Assembly (NCBI GenBank): GCA_963675295.2 | Contig: CAXXKJ010000002.1 | Location: 2,944,001 to 3,008,000 of the forward strand | Direction: 5' to 3' | DNA: 64,000 nt | DNA from: a bacterium | GTDB lineage: Bacteria > Electryoneota > Electryoneia > Electryoneales > Electryoneaceae | Part shown: piece after piece, positions 29,373 to 38,780 of the stretch | How positions within the stretch are numbered: position 1 is the stretch's first letter | Layout of the letters: each line of letters begins with the position of its first letter | Translations under genes and position numbers: made by a program | The notes under the pieces: model-generated | The model's input: the letters and a program-made list of their open reading frames with translations, nothing else | What the model was told of the DNA's origin: nothing | The model's database searches: none

Positions 29373-31883
29373 TCAATAAACCGCTTCAACGGCTTTTGCC
29401 CGCCTGAGGTAGTACACCCCGAACGCCAGCAGGATCGCGAAGATGACCATGCTCATCGCGGCGGCGTAGCCGTAACGGTAGAGATTGAACGCGCTCTTGT
29501 AGACGAACGAGACCAGGATGTGCGTGTTGTCGCTGGGTTCGCCCGCATTCGACACCAGCCAGATCACGTTCAGGTTGTTGAAGGTCCACACGGTCCCGAG
29601 CACAATCGCCGGCGCCATCACCGGTTTCAGCAATGGCAGCGTGATCGTACGCAGCTTGGTCCACCAGCCCGCGCCATCGATTTCGGCGGCTTCGTACAGT
29701 TGGGTCGGAATCGATTGTAGCCCACCCAGCGCGACGACCATCATGAACGGGAATCCGAGCCAGACATTGGTCAGGATGACGGCGAGGAACGCTTCCGTCG
29801 GTGACCCGAGCCAGTTGACCGGATTCATGTGCAGGAACTTGGTGATGACGAGGTTGATCGCCCCGTATTCCTGGTTGAACATCCCGCGCCAGGTAAGCGC
29901 GGTGATGTACTGCGGCACCGCCCACGGCAGGATCAGCAACGTGCGGATAACCCCGCGTCCGGGCAGCACACGGTGCAGCAGCAGCGCGAGGAAGACACCG
30001 ATCGTAACGTGGAACACGATGTTGGAAACGGTCCAGATCACAGTCTTGCCAAATACCGACCAGAAGCCAGGTTCGGAGAAGACTTTCACGTAGTTCTGGA
30101 AGCCGATCACGTCCCACGAGAAGAAATTGCGCAGCCCCATGTTCGACAGGCTGAGGATCACGTTGTACGCAAATGGATAGACCACGGTGATGAAGATGAC
30201 GATGAACGCCGGCAGGATCATCAGGTAGATGAACGAGCGGCTGCGCAGGTCTTTCACCAGCGCGATCATCGGCTTGACCATGACGATGAACAACGCCAAT
30301 AGGCCGAGCATCGCGATCACCTGCAGCACCGGCACATAACCCGCAGGCTCGATGACATCGTTCATCTCACGGATCTTGCGTTCCGCCTCGGACTGCATCG
30401 TCGCGGCTGCTTCCTCGGGGGTGACGGTCCCGCCGAGCACGGCCTGGTAGCTGGGCCGCATCGCATCCCAGATCGCCCGCAGTTCCGGCACCACCGGCAT
30501 TGGCGTGCCAACCTCGATCTCGGACAGACTTCCACGCATGATCGGGTTGCCGGTGATAACCGGATCGTCACGCAGGCTAAGCCGTGACGGCATGATCCCG
30601 GTCCGCGCCGCCAGTTCACGTTGTTCCGGGGTGCTCATCAGGAAGGTGAGGAAGCGGTGTGTCGCGGCGAGTTTGTCCTCGGCGATGTTGACATTCAGCG
30701 AGAATCCGCGCGGGCTGACCAGCGGGGACGGCCACCGCTGCGTCTCCTCGATGTACGGTATCCGTGCGACACCAATGTCGATGCCATCCTCGATGTAGGT
30801 CGCCCACGACCAGTCACCGTTGATGATCATCGCCGCCTGCCCCTCCTTGAACAGGGTGTGGGCGACCTCGTAGTCGGCGTTCTGCGGGGTAATCTTGTAC
30901 TTGTCACGCAGATCCTGGACAAACTGCAGCGCGCGGACATTGGCCTCGGTGTCCAGCGTTGGACGGTACTGATCGTCCATCAGCTGTCCGCCGAATCCGG
31001 TGAAAAATGGGATGAAAAAGAACGGTTCGGTGAAATTCCAGACGAGGCCGAAGCGGTCGATCTTGGAATCGCCGTCGAAGTCGAGCGTGTTCGCCTGCCC
31101 GATCTCGATCATCTCGGCGATGGTTTGCGGTGGTTCGGGGACAAATTCCTTGTTGTAGACCAGCGTCAAGTGATTGCCGAAGCGGTCGGCGACCTGGTAC
31201 AGGTGATCGTCGTACCACACCAGCGCCTGCGAGTCGAGCTCCGCCAGTTCCTGTTCGGAGAAAATGTCCTCAAGCGGACGGATAATGCCCATGGTTGCGA
31301 ATGGTCCGACCTGGTCTGAGGGTCCGTGGATCAGTTCCGGCCCACGTCCGGCGAGCGCGCTGTTCTGGTAACCGCTGCGAAGTTCTTCTGTTTCACGGTA
31401 CAACGCGGTGATCTTGATGTCCGGGTTCTGCTCTTCGAAGCGCGCGACCTGTTCCTCGAGGACCACTCGCTCGGCGTAGTTCAGCTGGTGCCAGAGGGTA
31501 ACCTCGGTGCGATCATCCTCCTCGGCGCAGCCGGTGAAAAGACCAATGGACAGCAGCAGGATTACCGTGAGGATGATCCCGGACATGAATGTCCGGGGCA
31601 CGACAGACATGGGGACACTTACTCCGACAGACACGGGGACACTTACTCCGACAGACACGGGGACACTTACTCTGTCAGACATGGGGACACTTACTCCGTT
31701 AAGTGTCCCCATGTCTGTCACGGACGTATTCACATCTTTCGGGGACACTTTGGGGACAAAGTGTCCCCTTTCCGTTGACCAGTCGGATGATCCCGACTTG
31801 CGAGCAAGTCGGGGCACACGCATGTCGTTTGGGGACACTTTAGGGACAAAGTGTCCCCTTTTGCGGCGAGATCGCCCTCTCAT
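29373..31883 (-). CDS. Fused maltodextrin solute-binding protein (MalE-like) + permease (MalF-like), with a repeat-derived N-terminal extension
   Basis: Lipobox-like LFTGC. SBP motifs (LVYNK, FKEGQAAMIINGDW, PMPVVPE..AIW). Permease LPWAVP, NVWLGFPFMM, LQSIP..LYEAAEIDGA. The start is ambiguous: 31883 (GGAGGT, ATGA coupling), 31610 or 31586. Confidence 0.85.
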   Translation of the reverse strand: MRGRSRRKRGHFVPKVSPNDMRVPRLARKSGSSDWSTERGHFVPKVSPKDVNTSVTDMGTLNGVSVPMSDRVSVPVSVGVSVPVSVGVSVPMSVVPRTFMSGIILTVILLLSIGLFTGCAEEDDRTEVTLWHQLNYAERVVLEEQVARFEEQNPDIKITALYRETEELRSGYQNSALAGRGPELIHGPSDQVGPFATMGIIRPLEDIFSEQELAELDSQALVWYDDHLYQVADRFGNHLTLVYNKEFVPEPPQTIAEMIEIGQANTLDFDGDSKIDRFGLVWNFTEPFFFIPFFTGFGGQLMDDQYRPTLDTEANVRALQFVQDLRDKYKITPQNADYEVAHTLFKEGQAAMIINGDWSWATYIEDGIDIGVARIPYIEETQRWPSPLVSPRGFSLNVNIAEDKLAATHRFLTFLMSTPEQRELAARTGIMPSRLSLRDDPVITGNPIMRGSLSEIEVGTPMPVVPELRAIWDAMRPSYQAVLGGTVTPEEAAATMQSEAERKIREMNDVIEPAGYVPVLQVIAMLGLLALFIVMVKPMIALVKDLRSRSFIYLMILPAFIVIFITVVYPFAYNVILSLSNMGLRNFFSWDVIGFQNYVKVFSEPGFWSVFGKTVIWTVSNIVFHVTIGVFLALLLHRVLPGRGVIRTLLILPWAVPQYITALTWRGMFNQEYGAINLVITKFLHMNPVNWLGSPTEAFLAVILTNVWLGFPFMMVVALGGLQSIPTQLYEAAEIDGAGWWTKLRTITLPLLKPVMAPAIVLGTVWTFNNLNVIWLVSNAGEPSDNTHILVSFVYKSAFNLYRYGYAAAMSMVIFAILLAFGVYYLRRAKAVEAVY
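31601..31858. repeat. Cluster of GGGGACACTT elements: four 24-bp tandem units, one inverted arm, two GGGGACACTTT..AAAGTGTCCCC palindromes and a CCCGACTTGC palindrome
   Basis: Units CGACAGACAYGGGGACACTTACTC at 31601, 31625, 31649 and 31673 (the last begins TGTC). Inverted arm 31701-31719. Palindromes at 31741-31768, 31792-31813 and 31831-31858. Confidence 0.92.
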
Positions 31884-34153
31884 TCCCCACCTCCGACTTG
31901 CATCGCCCCTCCTCCCTGTTCGCCGGGCTGGGCGGACTCCGGGTTGATCAGCGGCGGAATCGGCGTGGTGCTGACCGGATAGCCGAGCGCCTGCAGGTGG
32001 CTGCGGACGACGCCCAGGTGCGCACGGTAGAGTTCATCCCACATCGCGTCGCCGGCACCGGTATTCTGGTCGCTGCCGTACCACCAGAACCAGTCGGAGC
32101 CTTCGGCTGCGTACATCGCCCGTTTCGCACGTTTCATCTGGTCGTGGTACTGCGTCATGCGTCCCTGTCGTCCCGGGGGTGGTGTATCAATGGCGAACTG
32201 CAGCTCGTTCCGCACCTTCGCCAGCCACGCCCAACCGCGATTCTCCTCGTCCTCGCCGACCCAAGTCGCGTAGCTCGCGGCGATCCACGATCCCGGCCAC
32301 AGCTCGTCTACAGCGGGCAAGGTGTCCAACGGATGTGGACGGATACCGCGTTCCGGGTTGCCATGCAGGTATTCGTTCGGCGTGGTGGTCATCAACCGGC
32401 CCTGGTTCTGCAGTTCGCCCAGTTTCCGGTAGACGGCGTGCAGGAACAGGATCGCGTCCGGATCGTGCTCGTACCATTCCCACGCGTTCTCGCCGTCGAG
32501 CAGCACGGTCACCAGCGTGGTATCGGTTTCGTTCGCCGGAGCGCGGCTCATAATCTGCCGCATCAGGTCTTCCGCTGCCTGTTCCGGTTCCCAGCGCTGG
32601 TAGCGGAATCCGATCAGGTCGCTGAGGTGGGTGTCACGGAAGAACATCGCGACCTGCCCGCCGTTGGGACCGGTGACGCGATACGGCGTCGTCGCCTTCA
32701 TCCCGGCGGGTGACGATTTCTGCAGGACGCCGTCCCCGGTTGCGATCCACTCGATGCCGGCGTCCGCGAAGTAATCGACCACCTGCGCCGAGACGGAGCC
32801 TTCCGCCGGCCACATGCCGCTGGGCGCGTGGCCAAACTGGTTTTGGTAATAGTTCACGGCCTCGTGCACATGCCAACGCGCGTCCTGCTCGTGTGCGAAC
32901 TGGATCGAATCCGGCGCGGAATCGGTGCCGGATTTGCCGGCGTGCAGGTTGGCGATCAACGGCAGGATCGGGTGGAAGTACGGCGTGGTGATGAATTCCA
33001 CCTGACGGCGATAGCTGCCGCGCAGGTCCATGTGGTTGTTCAACGGGTCCAACGCCGCCGCGATACGGTAGAAGGTTGCGACGAGCCGATTGGCGTCATC
33101 CTCGGTCATCGGATGGGACAGCGTCCACGGCGGACCGGCGGTCCGCTTCACGAGATCGTGCAGGGTCAGGTTGAGAGTGGAGCCGTCGTCCGCCACGATC
33201 AGGTTGAAGTCTTTCTCGTAGAACTCCGGGTCAAAATTTGCGAGGTAGAAGAAGCACTTGAGGTTTCGCTTGTCCTGCTCAGTGTAGGTCGCCGGGTCCT
33301 TGTCCTTGAGGGCGAGATATTCCGGCCAGCGTTCCATGATCACGCGGCTGATGCTGAAGCAATTCCATTCGCCCTCAGTCAACAGGGCGTTTTCCTCCGG
33401 GCCGAACTGATCGGTCGGGGTCAGCATCAGGTCGATCCACGGATCGGTCTTGCCGCGGTACTTGCGCAGGAAACCGTCTGCGTCGATGCGTTTCGAGGAC
33501 GGGTCGTAAAATTCGCCCAACCGGTCGACATAGAGCTGAATCTGTTCGAGCAGCACGGGCGTGAAATTGAAGGTGACGTGAATGTCCGGATGCGTCTGCA
33601 GCATCGCGGTCATGTCGTAATAGTCCTTGGTCGTGTGCGTGCGCACCCACGGCGCCACGAGCTGGCCCTTGGCCGCGTCCATGTAGTACGGCTGATGCTG
33701 GTGCCAGATGATGTTGAGATAGACGAAGCCTTCCCCGCCGGGCGCGTCGATCATCGCATCCCCGCCGCCACCTTCCGGCGCACGAAGTTCGACTTCGCCG
33801 ACCGGGTTCATGAACAGGACAGAGTTTTTCTCGCCGTAATTGTTGGTTGTGGACGCCGGATTGGAGGGATCGGGAATCCAGTCGCCGTCGACGATGAACT
33901 TGTATTCATGGAAGCCGACGGACAGTGATGTCGCCGCGTGCCAGACGCCAGCCTCATCCTGTTCCATCGGGATCGCGCGCGGTTCCCAACCGGCAAAATC
34001 ACCGGAGAGGAACACTTCATCCGCGTTCTGATGGTAGAAACTGAAATGGACTTCACCGTTCTCGGCGTACGGTGGTTGACCGGGGTCGGAACACCCTGCA
34101 AGGATCACCAGCACGAACAGGAACGGGATAAGCAGTCGCGTGGAATTAGCCAT
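31880..34153 (-). CDS. GH57 amylopullulanase-like lipoprotein with N-terminal CBM48/AMPK-type glycogen-binding domain
   Basis: Lipobox LAGC. V.LSGDF.GW...EYKFIVDG.W..DP.NP. WHQHQP, TPYFHPILPL, GMWPAEG (nucleophile), LDGENAWE (acid/base), AEGSDWFWW. Confidence 0.9.
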   Translation of the reverse strand: MANSTRLLIPFLFVLVILAGCSDPGQPPYAENGEVHFSFYHQNADEVFLSGDFAGWEPRAIPMEQDEAGVWHAATSLSVGFHEYKFIVDGDWIPDPSNPASTTNNYGEKNSVLFMNPVGEVELRAPEGGGGDAMIDAPGGEGFVYLNIIWHQHQPYYMDAAKGQLVAPWVRTHTTKDYYDMTAMLQTHPDIHVTFNFTPVLLEQIQLYVDRLGEFYDPSSKRIDADGFLRKYRGKTDPWIDLMLTPTDQFGPEENALLTEGEWNCFSISRVIMERWPEYLALKDKDPATYTEQDKRNLKCFFYLANFDPEFYEKDFNLIVADDGSTLNLTLHDLVKRTAGPPWTLSHPMTEDDANRLVATFYRIAAALDPLNNHMDLRGSYRRQVEFITTPYFHPILPLIANLHAGKSGTDSAPDSIQFAHEQDARWHVHEAVNYYQNQFGHAPSGMWPAEGSVSAQVVDYFADAGIEWIATGDGVLQKSSPAGMKATTPYRVTGPNGGQVAMFFRDTHLSDLIGFRYQRWEPEQAAEDLMRQIMSRAPANETDTTLVTVLLDGENAWEWYEHDPDAILFLHAVYRKLGELQNQGRLMTTTPNEYLHGNPERGIRPHPLDTLPAVDELWPGSWIAASYATWVGEDEENRGWAWLAKVRNELQFAIDTPPPGRQGRMTQYHDQMKRAKRAMYAAEGSDWFWWYGSDQNTGAGDAMWDELYRAHLGVVRSHLQALGYPVSTTPIPPLINPESAQPGEQGGGAMQVGGGE

Positions 34154-35436
34154 TATTCCTTCACTCCGGATGTGGAGAAGAATGTCTGCAGGATGTTGTC
34201 CGTGTGAGCACGCCACGCGCCCCAGGAGTGGCCTTCGTGCCACACCTGCCACGTCACGTTATTGCCCTTGCCTTCCAGGGCGTCCTTCAGCGCGGTACTC
34301 GACTGGTAGATGGATGCTTCGTAGGTGCCCGCGTCAAGGTAATACACCACTTCGGTTGGATCGTCCGCGGCGATATCGTTGATCAGTTCGTTGTTGTTGA
34401 CGTACACCGCAGAAGAATGCCCGCCGGCATAACCGAAAACGTCCGGGTGATTGTGCGCGAAGTAAACCGATGTCAGTCCACCCAGCGAACAGCCCATCAC
34501 CGCGCGGGAAGCGGGTTGTGGATCAGTCGGGTAGGTCGCATCGATATACGGCACCAGCTCGTTGACAAACATCCACATGAACGGTTCGTTGAGCCAGTAC
34601 TCTGTCATCCGGTCAATCGGATTGACGAACACGGCGATGACCGGGTTGATCAGCTCCGCGTCGATCAGGTTATCGAGAGTGTTCTTCATGCTGGCGAGGC
34701 TGACATATTCGCCACCGTCATGGACATATATCGCCGGATACGCGCCCTCTGGATCATACCCCGCCGGGAGGTAGACCTTGACACCGCGTGTGTTGTTCAA
34801 CGAATCGCTGGTGAACTGGAAGGTTTCAAGGGTACCGTGCGGGATATCCGGGTTGTAGTCGATCTCCCACGGATCGACGTACTCCGGCATCGCGAGTTCG
34901 GAATTCGGACCGCAGCCGCCGGTGACTTGTCGCGGATTGCGCGGATCGAGGATCCAGTTGTTGCCCGGTGTGACAAACTTGTAGTCGAGACGAGCGTCCT
35001 GCTCGAATGTACGTTCGCGGTAAAAAAGGTTGGTGCCGGCGATCAGTGTCATCGGGTCGTCGCTCGGAGTCCACTCATTATGATCGCCCGGAACCTGCAC
35101 CGCACTGTAGCTGGAAGTGAACAGGTAAACACATTGTTTTTCGACGGTCAACGGGAACCCGTAGTCCTCGGAATCCTCCAGCAGAGTGATGAAAGAATCA
35201 GCCATCGCCTGCCGTTCGTTCTGTGGCGCGGCCATGATATCCGCGAGGAACTGATCCCAATCCGGCGGTTCGTCCAGCTCGGACGTTGGCTCGCTCCGGC
35301 CATACCCGATGCGGGATTGGTCCGTCTTTGTATCGGATTCCGATTTGGTCACGTGCGACTGATCGTCACAGCCCACGCTCAGCAGCGCAATGCCCATCAA
35401 GGACAGCATCAGTACGTTGAAACGGTGTTTCAGCAC
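34153..35436 (-). CDS. Lipoprotein esterase (Fes/CE1-like alpha/beta hydrolase with N-terminal Ig/CBM48-like domain)
   Basis: Lipobox SVGC. GDHNEW, DARLDYKFV, LDPRNP, VYLPAGY, GCSLGG nucleophile elbow, GHSW. Confidence 0.82.
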   Translation of the reverse strand: MLKHRFNVLMLSLMGIALLSVGCDDQSHVTKSESDTKTDQSRIGYGRSEPTSELDEPPDWDQFLADIMAAPQNERQAMADSFITLLEDSEDYGFPLTVEKQCVYLFTSSYSAVQVPGDHNEWTPSDDPMTLIAGTNLFYRERTFEQDARLDYKFVTPGNNWILDPRNPRQVTGGCGPNSELAMPEYVDPWEIDYNPDIPHGTLETFQFTSDSLNNTRGVKVYLPAGYDPEGAYPAIYVHDGGEYVSLASMKNTLDNLIDAELINPVIAVFVNPIDRMTEYWLNEPFMWMFVNELVPYIDATYPTDPQPASRAVMGCSLGGLTSVYFAHNHPDVFGYAGGHSSAVYVNNNELINDIAADDPTEVVYYLDAGTYEASIYQSSTALKDALEGKGNNVTWQVWHEGHSWGAWRAHTDNILQTFFSTSGVKE

Positions 35437-35439
35437 ATC

Positions 35440-38400
35440 TTACTCCACAAACAAAATGTCGTACACGTTGGGGTCCGACTCATCCGCCCCCGATCCGGCC
35501 CAGCGTCCACCCTCGGGTGTCACCGCACGGAACTCGCCAATTCCGCCGCCGCCGTGATCGTCTTGGCCACCGACCAACACCGCGATTTTCCAGTGTTCCG
35601 GGTGGGTGCCGAGGTAATCGAGCGGGATGGCGAAGCTGACCGTTTTCGCTTTTGTGTCACCGAGACGATACGCCGGATCGCTGGGCATGTGCGCGGCGAT
35701 GATGCCGCCCTCGGCATCCTCGATTTCGATCCCGCCACCGACGTAAATGAAACGGTCGGCCGCATACTCGCCGGGCAATTCGTAGTTGCTGTTGCGGCGA
35801 ACGTCGGTGCGTAACGCCCCACCCAGATTGCCGCTTCGGATCGTGATGGTCGCAAAGGTCAGCTGGAAGCCATACTCCGGACGCCAGCCCGGATCGCTGA
35901 GATCACGGAACGTGAGGCTGAAGTAGGCCAGGTCATTGTCCGCGCGCATGGTGAAATGCGTCAAATCGAGAATGCCGGGCAGGAACGCCGGATTGGTCGG
36001 GTAGCCGTAAGTCTTACCCTCGACCACGCCGGTGTCGTCGTGCTCAGGATCATCAACGTCCACGATCACCGGCGCTTTTTCGCTCCACGCCTTGATCGTC
36101 TCGTTCGGAATCAATGGGTAGTCCGGCGGTTGCAGCGACGCAATTCCCTCAACGGAACGCGGCTGCAGCAACGGTTCGTCATCCTCGGCGTCAATCAGCA
36201 ACGGGATCGGAACCGACTGGAACGCCGGCAGCATCGGCCCGGCGGGGATGCGCAGCTCGGTGCCATTGTTCTTGCGATCCAGCACCAGTGTCCAGCGCGG
36301 AACATCTTTTGACAGCTCGCCGGATGGATCGGAGATGGTGTCCATCGTATCGAGAATCGAGCGGAACGGCTTGATCCGAATCGGGTCCGAAATCGAATCC
36401 GGCATCAACGCGGTGAAGGTGAAGCGGATGGTCTGCTCGTCAAAGCTGCTGGCAAGCCGGACCGGCTGGCCGTTCATCCAGACAACCGCGTCCACGTCGC
36501 CCAGTTCACGCGGGTAACGTGGGTCAAACTCCCACGCGCCCGGATCGTCATAGATCGGTTTCACGCCGAGGTAGTCCTGGTACAACGTGCGCAGGAACTC
36601 GGCCAGTGACCAGGCTTGCGAGATGGTTCCGCTGGTCTTCGGTTCGGCTGCCCCTTCACGCGGAAGCGCGTCAAGATTCTCGCTCAACGTACCGACACAA
36701 CCCCGGTCGAGAATCTGGTGGACTTCGTCCCGCGCGACCGCGACACCGTGGCGCGACGCTGACTTGTACGGCCCGCTGAGCCACGTCCAGACAATGCCCA
36801 TGTGATACGCGGCATCCTTCGGGTAGAAGATCGTCTCGTGATACGGGTGGAACTCCGAATCGGTCTGCGCGAGACTGGCGACACCCCAACGGTAGACGAG
36901 GCTGTCGCGCATGGTGCTAACGATGGCAGTGCTTTCTTCGTTGGTGATCAGTGGATTTTCACTGGTCAACGGTACGGTCACCGCCCACGCCTGGTTCGGA
37001 CGAACCTTGAGGTCGGGGGAACCGTCCTCGTTGAGGTGATCGACGAGGCCGAGACCATCCTCACGGATGAACCGTTCGCGGAAACTGGCGATCAACTGGT
37101 CACGTTGCGGCTGGTAGTTGACCTTGTGCCCGGTGTATGACAGCATCCACTCGGCGGCCTGAAGTTGCGCCAGCCACAGCGCCTGGATCTCCACCGCCCG
37201 GTTGCCGCGCGGCGACCACGCGCCGTTAACACCTTTCGCGTCCATCCACGTGTCGGCGTCGCCATGAGTCAGCAGACCGTGCTCGTCGACTCGGTGCGTC
37301 ATCGCTCCCTGCACCGTTTTCTCGACCACTCCGCCCGGCTGGCCAAACTCGGTCCACAGGGTACGGTCGCCGGAATAGAGGCCGTACTCGTACAGTTCGC
37401 GCACGAACCACGGGGTGCCATCCGCCGTATTGTAGATGATATCCTCGCCACGCGCGCGGTTCGGCACCTTACCGAAGTCGGGAGACGCCATATCGGTATT
37501 CTGCCACTGCGCGAAACGGCGGAAGATCTGCTCGGCGGCGTCGAATTTGCCCAGCACCAGCGCCGCACCGGGCAGGCTGATGAAGGTGTCACGCGCCCAG
37601 CCTTCGTTGAACCACGGCAGACCCGCCCAGATCAGGCTGTTGTCCTCGGCGAACAGCCCGGCCATGCTAAGTTTCGCCCAGTTGACGGCCCGGTTGATAC
37701 GTTCGTCGTCGCAACGGAAATACGAGCGGTTCAGCTCGTTGAGCAGCCAGTCGCGGCGATCCTGTTGCTGCGCATACTCACTCCGCCGGATCTCGACCCA
37801 GCGGTCGCCGGCGAGTTCGGCCGATTCGCCCCAGGTGAAGGTGAGGTCGAAACCGGGTTCGTTAAACATCGCGCCGTGGATCGCCTTGCCGAGGTGTGTG
37901 GCGAACGGTCCTTTCGCCTCGCGGTTGACGGTCCGCATCTCCGGCGCATTGAACCAGCGCTTGCTGCCAGCGGCCATGAAGACGCTGTCCGTGCCCGCGA
38001 TGCCGAGGTAGTATTGCATCCCGCGGGTCTTGTTCTCGTAAGCTTTCTCAATGGTCAGTGACGACGGGAAGACGAAGAACAACCCGACCTGCGTGTCTTC
38101 GGATTCCCCTTCCCCGCTGCCCGGCACGAACGGTTCGCCGTTCATCGAACAGTTGAAACGGAGGTCATCGCGGTCAACGCCGACCGGCGACACGCGCAGC
38201 GTTACCCCATCCCGCCAGCGGAAAATGACCTCGTGCGGCTTAACGCGAACTTGCGCCCTGGCACGGTCTTTCGGGACACCGTCGATCACCAGGATCCAGT
38301 CGTCAAGCAGCTTGTGATTGCCGACATGCAGCCCCATCCAGCCATCGCTGGCGACGGTTGCCGTGGTGCCGTAATAGAACGACGTACCGGTGCCGCTGAA

Positions 38401-38568
38401 CAGGTAGGGCCTGCCGCTACCAGGCGCGAGATCAATCGCGAGGGAATCGAGATACGACTCGGTGTAGCGGGGCGCGTCGTCTGGCAGCATGGTGGCGCCC
38501 TCCGTGGCGATGGTGAGCACGAGGATGGTCAGAATCGGGATGAAGATCGCTCGTGAACGATGGCGCAT
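35440..38568 (-). CDS. Amylo-alpha-1,6-glucosidase (glycogen-debranching, GH133-like) with C-terminal glucodextranase DOMON-like domain
   Basis: AGLPWF..W.RDTFISLPG, YNTADGTPWF, TWMDA, PR..RAVEIQALW, RPNQ, AYH.G.VW.WL, G..SQAWS.AE. C-terminal DP..DD.G..Y.YPT...F..G..DL..F. Signal peptide. Start inferred. Confidence 0.85.
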   Translation of the reverse strand: MRHRSRAIFIPILTILVLTIATEGATMLPDDAPRYTESYLDSLAIDLAPGSGRPYLFSGTGTSFYYGTTATVASDGWMGLHVGNHKLLDDWILVIDGVPKDRARAQVRVKPHEVIFRWRDGVTLRVSPVGVDRDDLRFNCSMNGEPFVPGSGEGESEDTQVGLFFVFPSSLTIEKAYENKTRGMQYYLGIAGTDSVFMAAGSKRWFNAPEMRTVNREAKGPFATHLGKAIHGAMFNEPGFDLTFTWGESAELAGDRWVEIRRSEYAQQQDRRDWLLNELNRSYFRCDDERINRAVNWAKLSMAGLFAEDNSLIWAGLPWFNEGWARDTFISLPGAALVLGKFDAAEQIFRRFAQWQNTDMASPDFGKVPNRARGEDIIYNTADGTPWFVRELYEYGLYSGDRTLWTEFGQPGGVVEKTVQGAMTHRVDEHGLLTHGDADTWMDAKGVNGAWSPRGNRAVEIQALWLAQLQAAEWMLSYTGHKVNYQPQRDQLIASFRERFIREDGLGLVDHLNEDGSPDLKVRPNQAWAVTVPLTSENPLITNEESTAIVSTMRDSLVYRWGVASLAQTDSEFHPYHETIFYPKDAAYHMGIVWTWLSGPYKSASRHGVAVARDEVHQILDRGCVGTLSENLDALPREGAAEPKTSGTISQAWSLAEFLRTLYQDYLGVKPIYDDPGAWEFDPRYPRELGDVDAVVWMNGQPVRLASSFDEQTIRFTFTALMPDSISDPIRIKPFRSILDTMDTISDPSGELSKDVPRWTLVLDRKNNGTELRIPAGPMLPAFQSVPIPLLIDAEDDEPLLQPRSVEGIASLQPPDYPLIPNETIKAWSEKAPVIVDVDDPEHDDTGVVEGKTYGYPTNPAFLPGILDLTHFTMRADNDLAYFSLTFRDLSDPGWRPEYGFQLTFATITIRSGNLGGALRTDVRRNSNYELPGEYAADRFIYVGGGIEIEDAEGGIIAAHMPSDPAYRLGDTKAKTVSFAIPLDYLGTHPEHWKIAVLVGGQDDHGGGGIGEFRAVTPEGGRWAGSGADESDPNVYDILFVE

Positions 38569-38653
38569 GGCGTTCCCTTGGGTCGGGGCTGGGATTCTGG
38601 TCAGTCTATGTGTCAACTTCAGTGTGAATCAGCTTGTGTATGTCAGCTCCTGT

Positions 38654-38771
38654 GTGTGTCATCCTGAACGCAGTGAAGGATCTCCCAATTGTTACCGGAG
38701 GGTGCAATGACATCGCTGACCGATAACTCGGAGATTCTTCACTTCACTTCGTTCCGTTCAGAATGACACAC
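38654..38771. repeat. REP/MITE-like palindromic element (TGTCATCCTGAACGCAGTGAAGGATCT...AGATTCTTCAC...TTCAGAATGACA)
   Basis: 17-bp terminal inverted repeats with 1 mismatch, plus an inner IR AGTGAAGGATCTCC/GGAGATTCTTCACT. Translates as the 'CHPERSEGS' signature familiar from widespread intergenic palindromic repeats. Confidence 0.8.
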
Positions 38772-38780
38772 CCACGCTAT

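Noticed and set aside
31601-31858. Possible CRISPR array
   Set aside because: The 24-bp units are contiguous with no unique spacers, the other palindromes are irregularly spaced, and there are no cas genes in the window.
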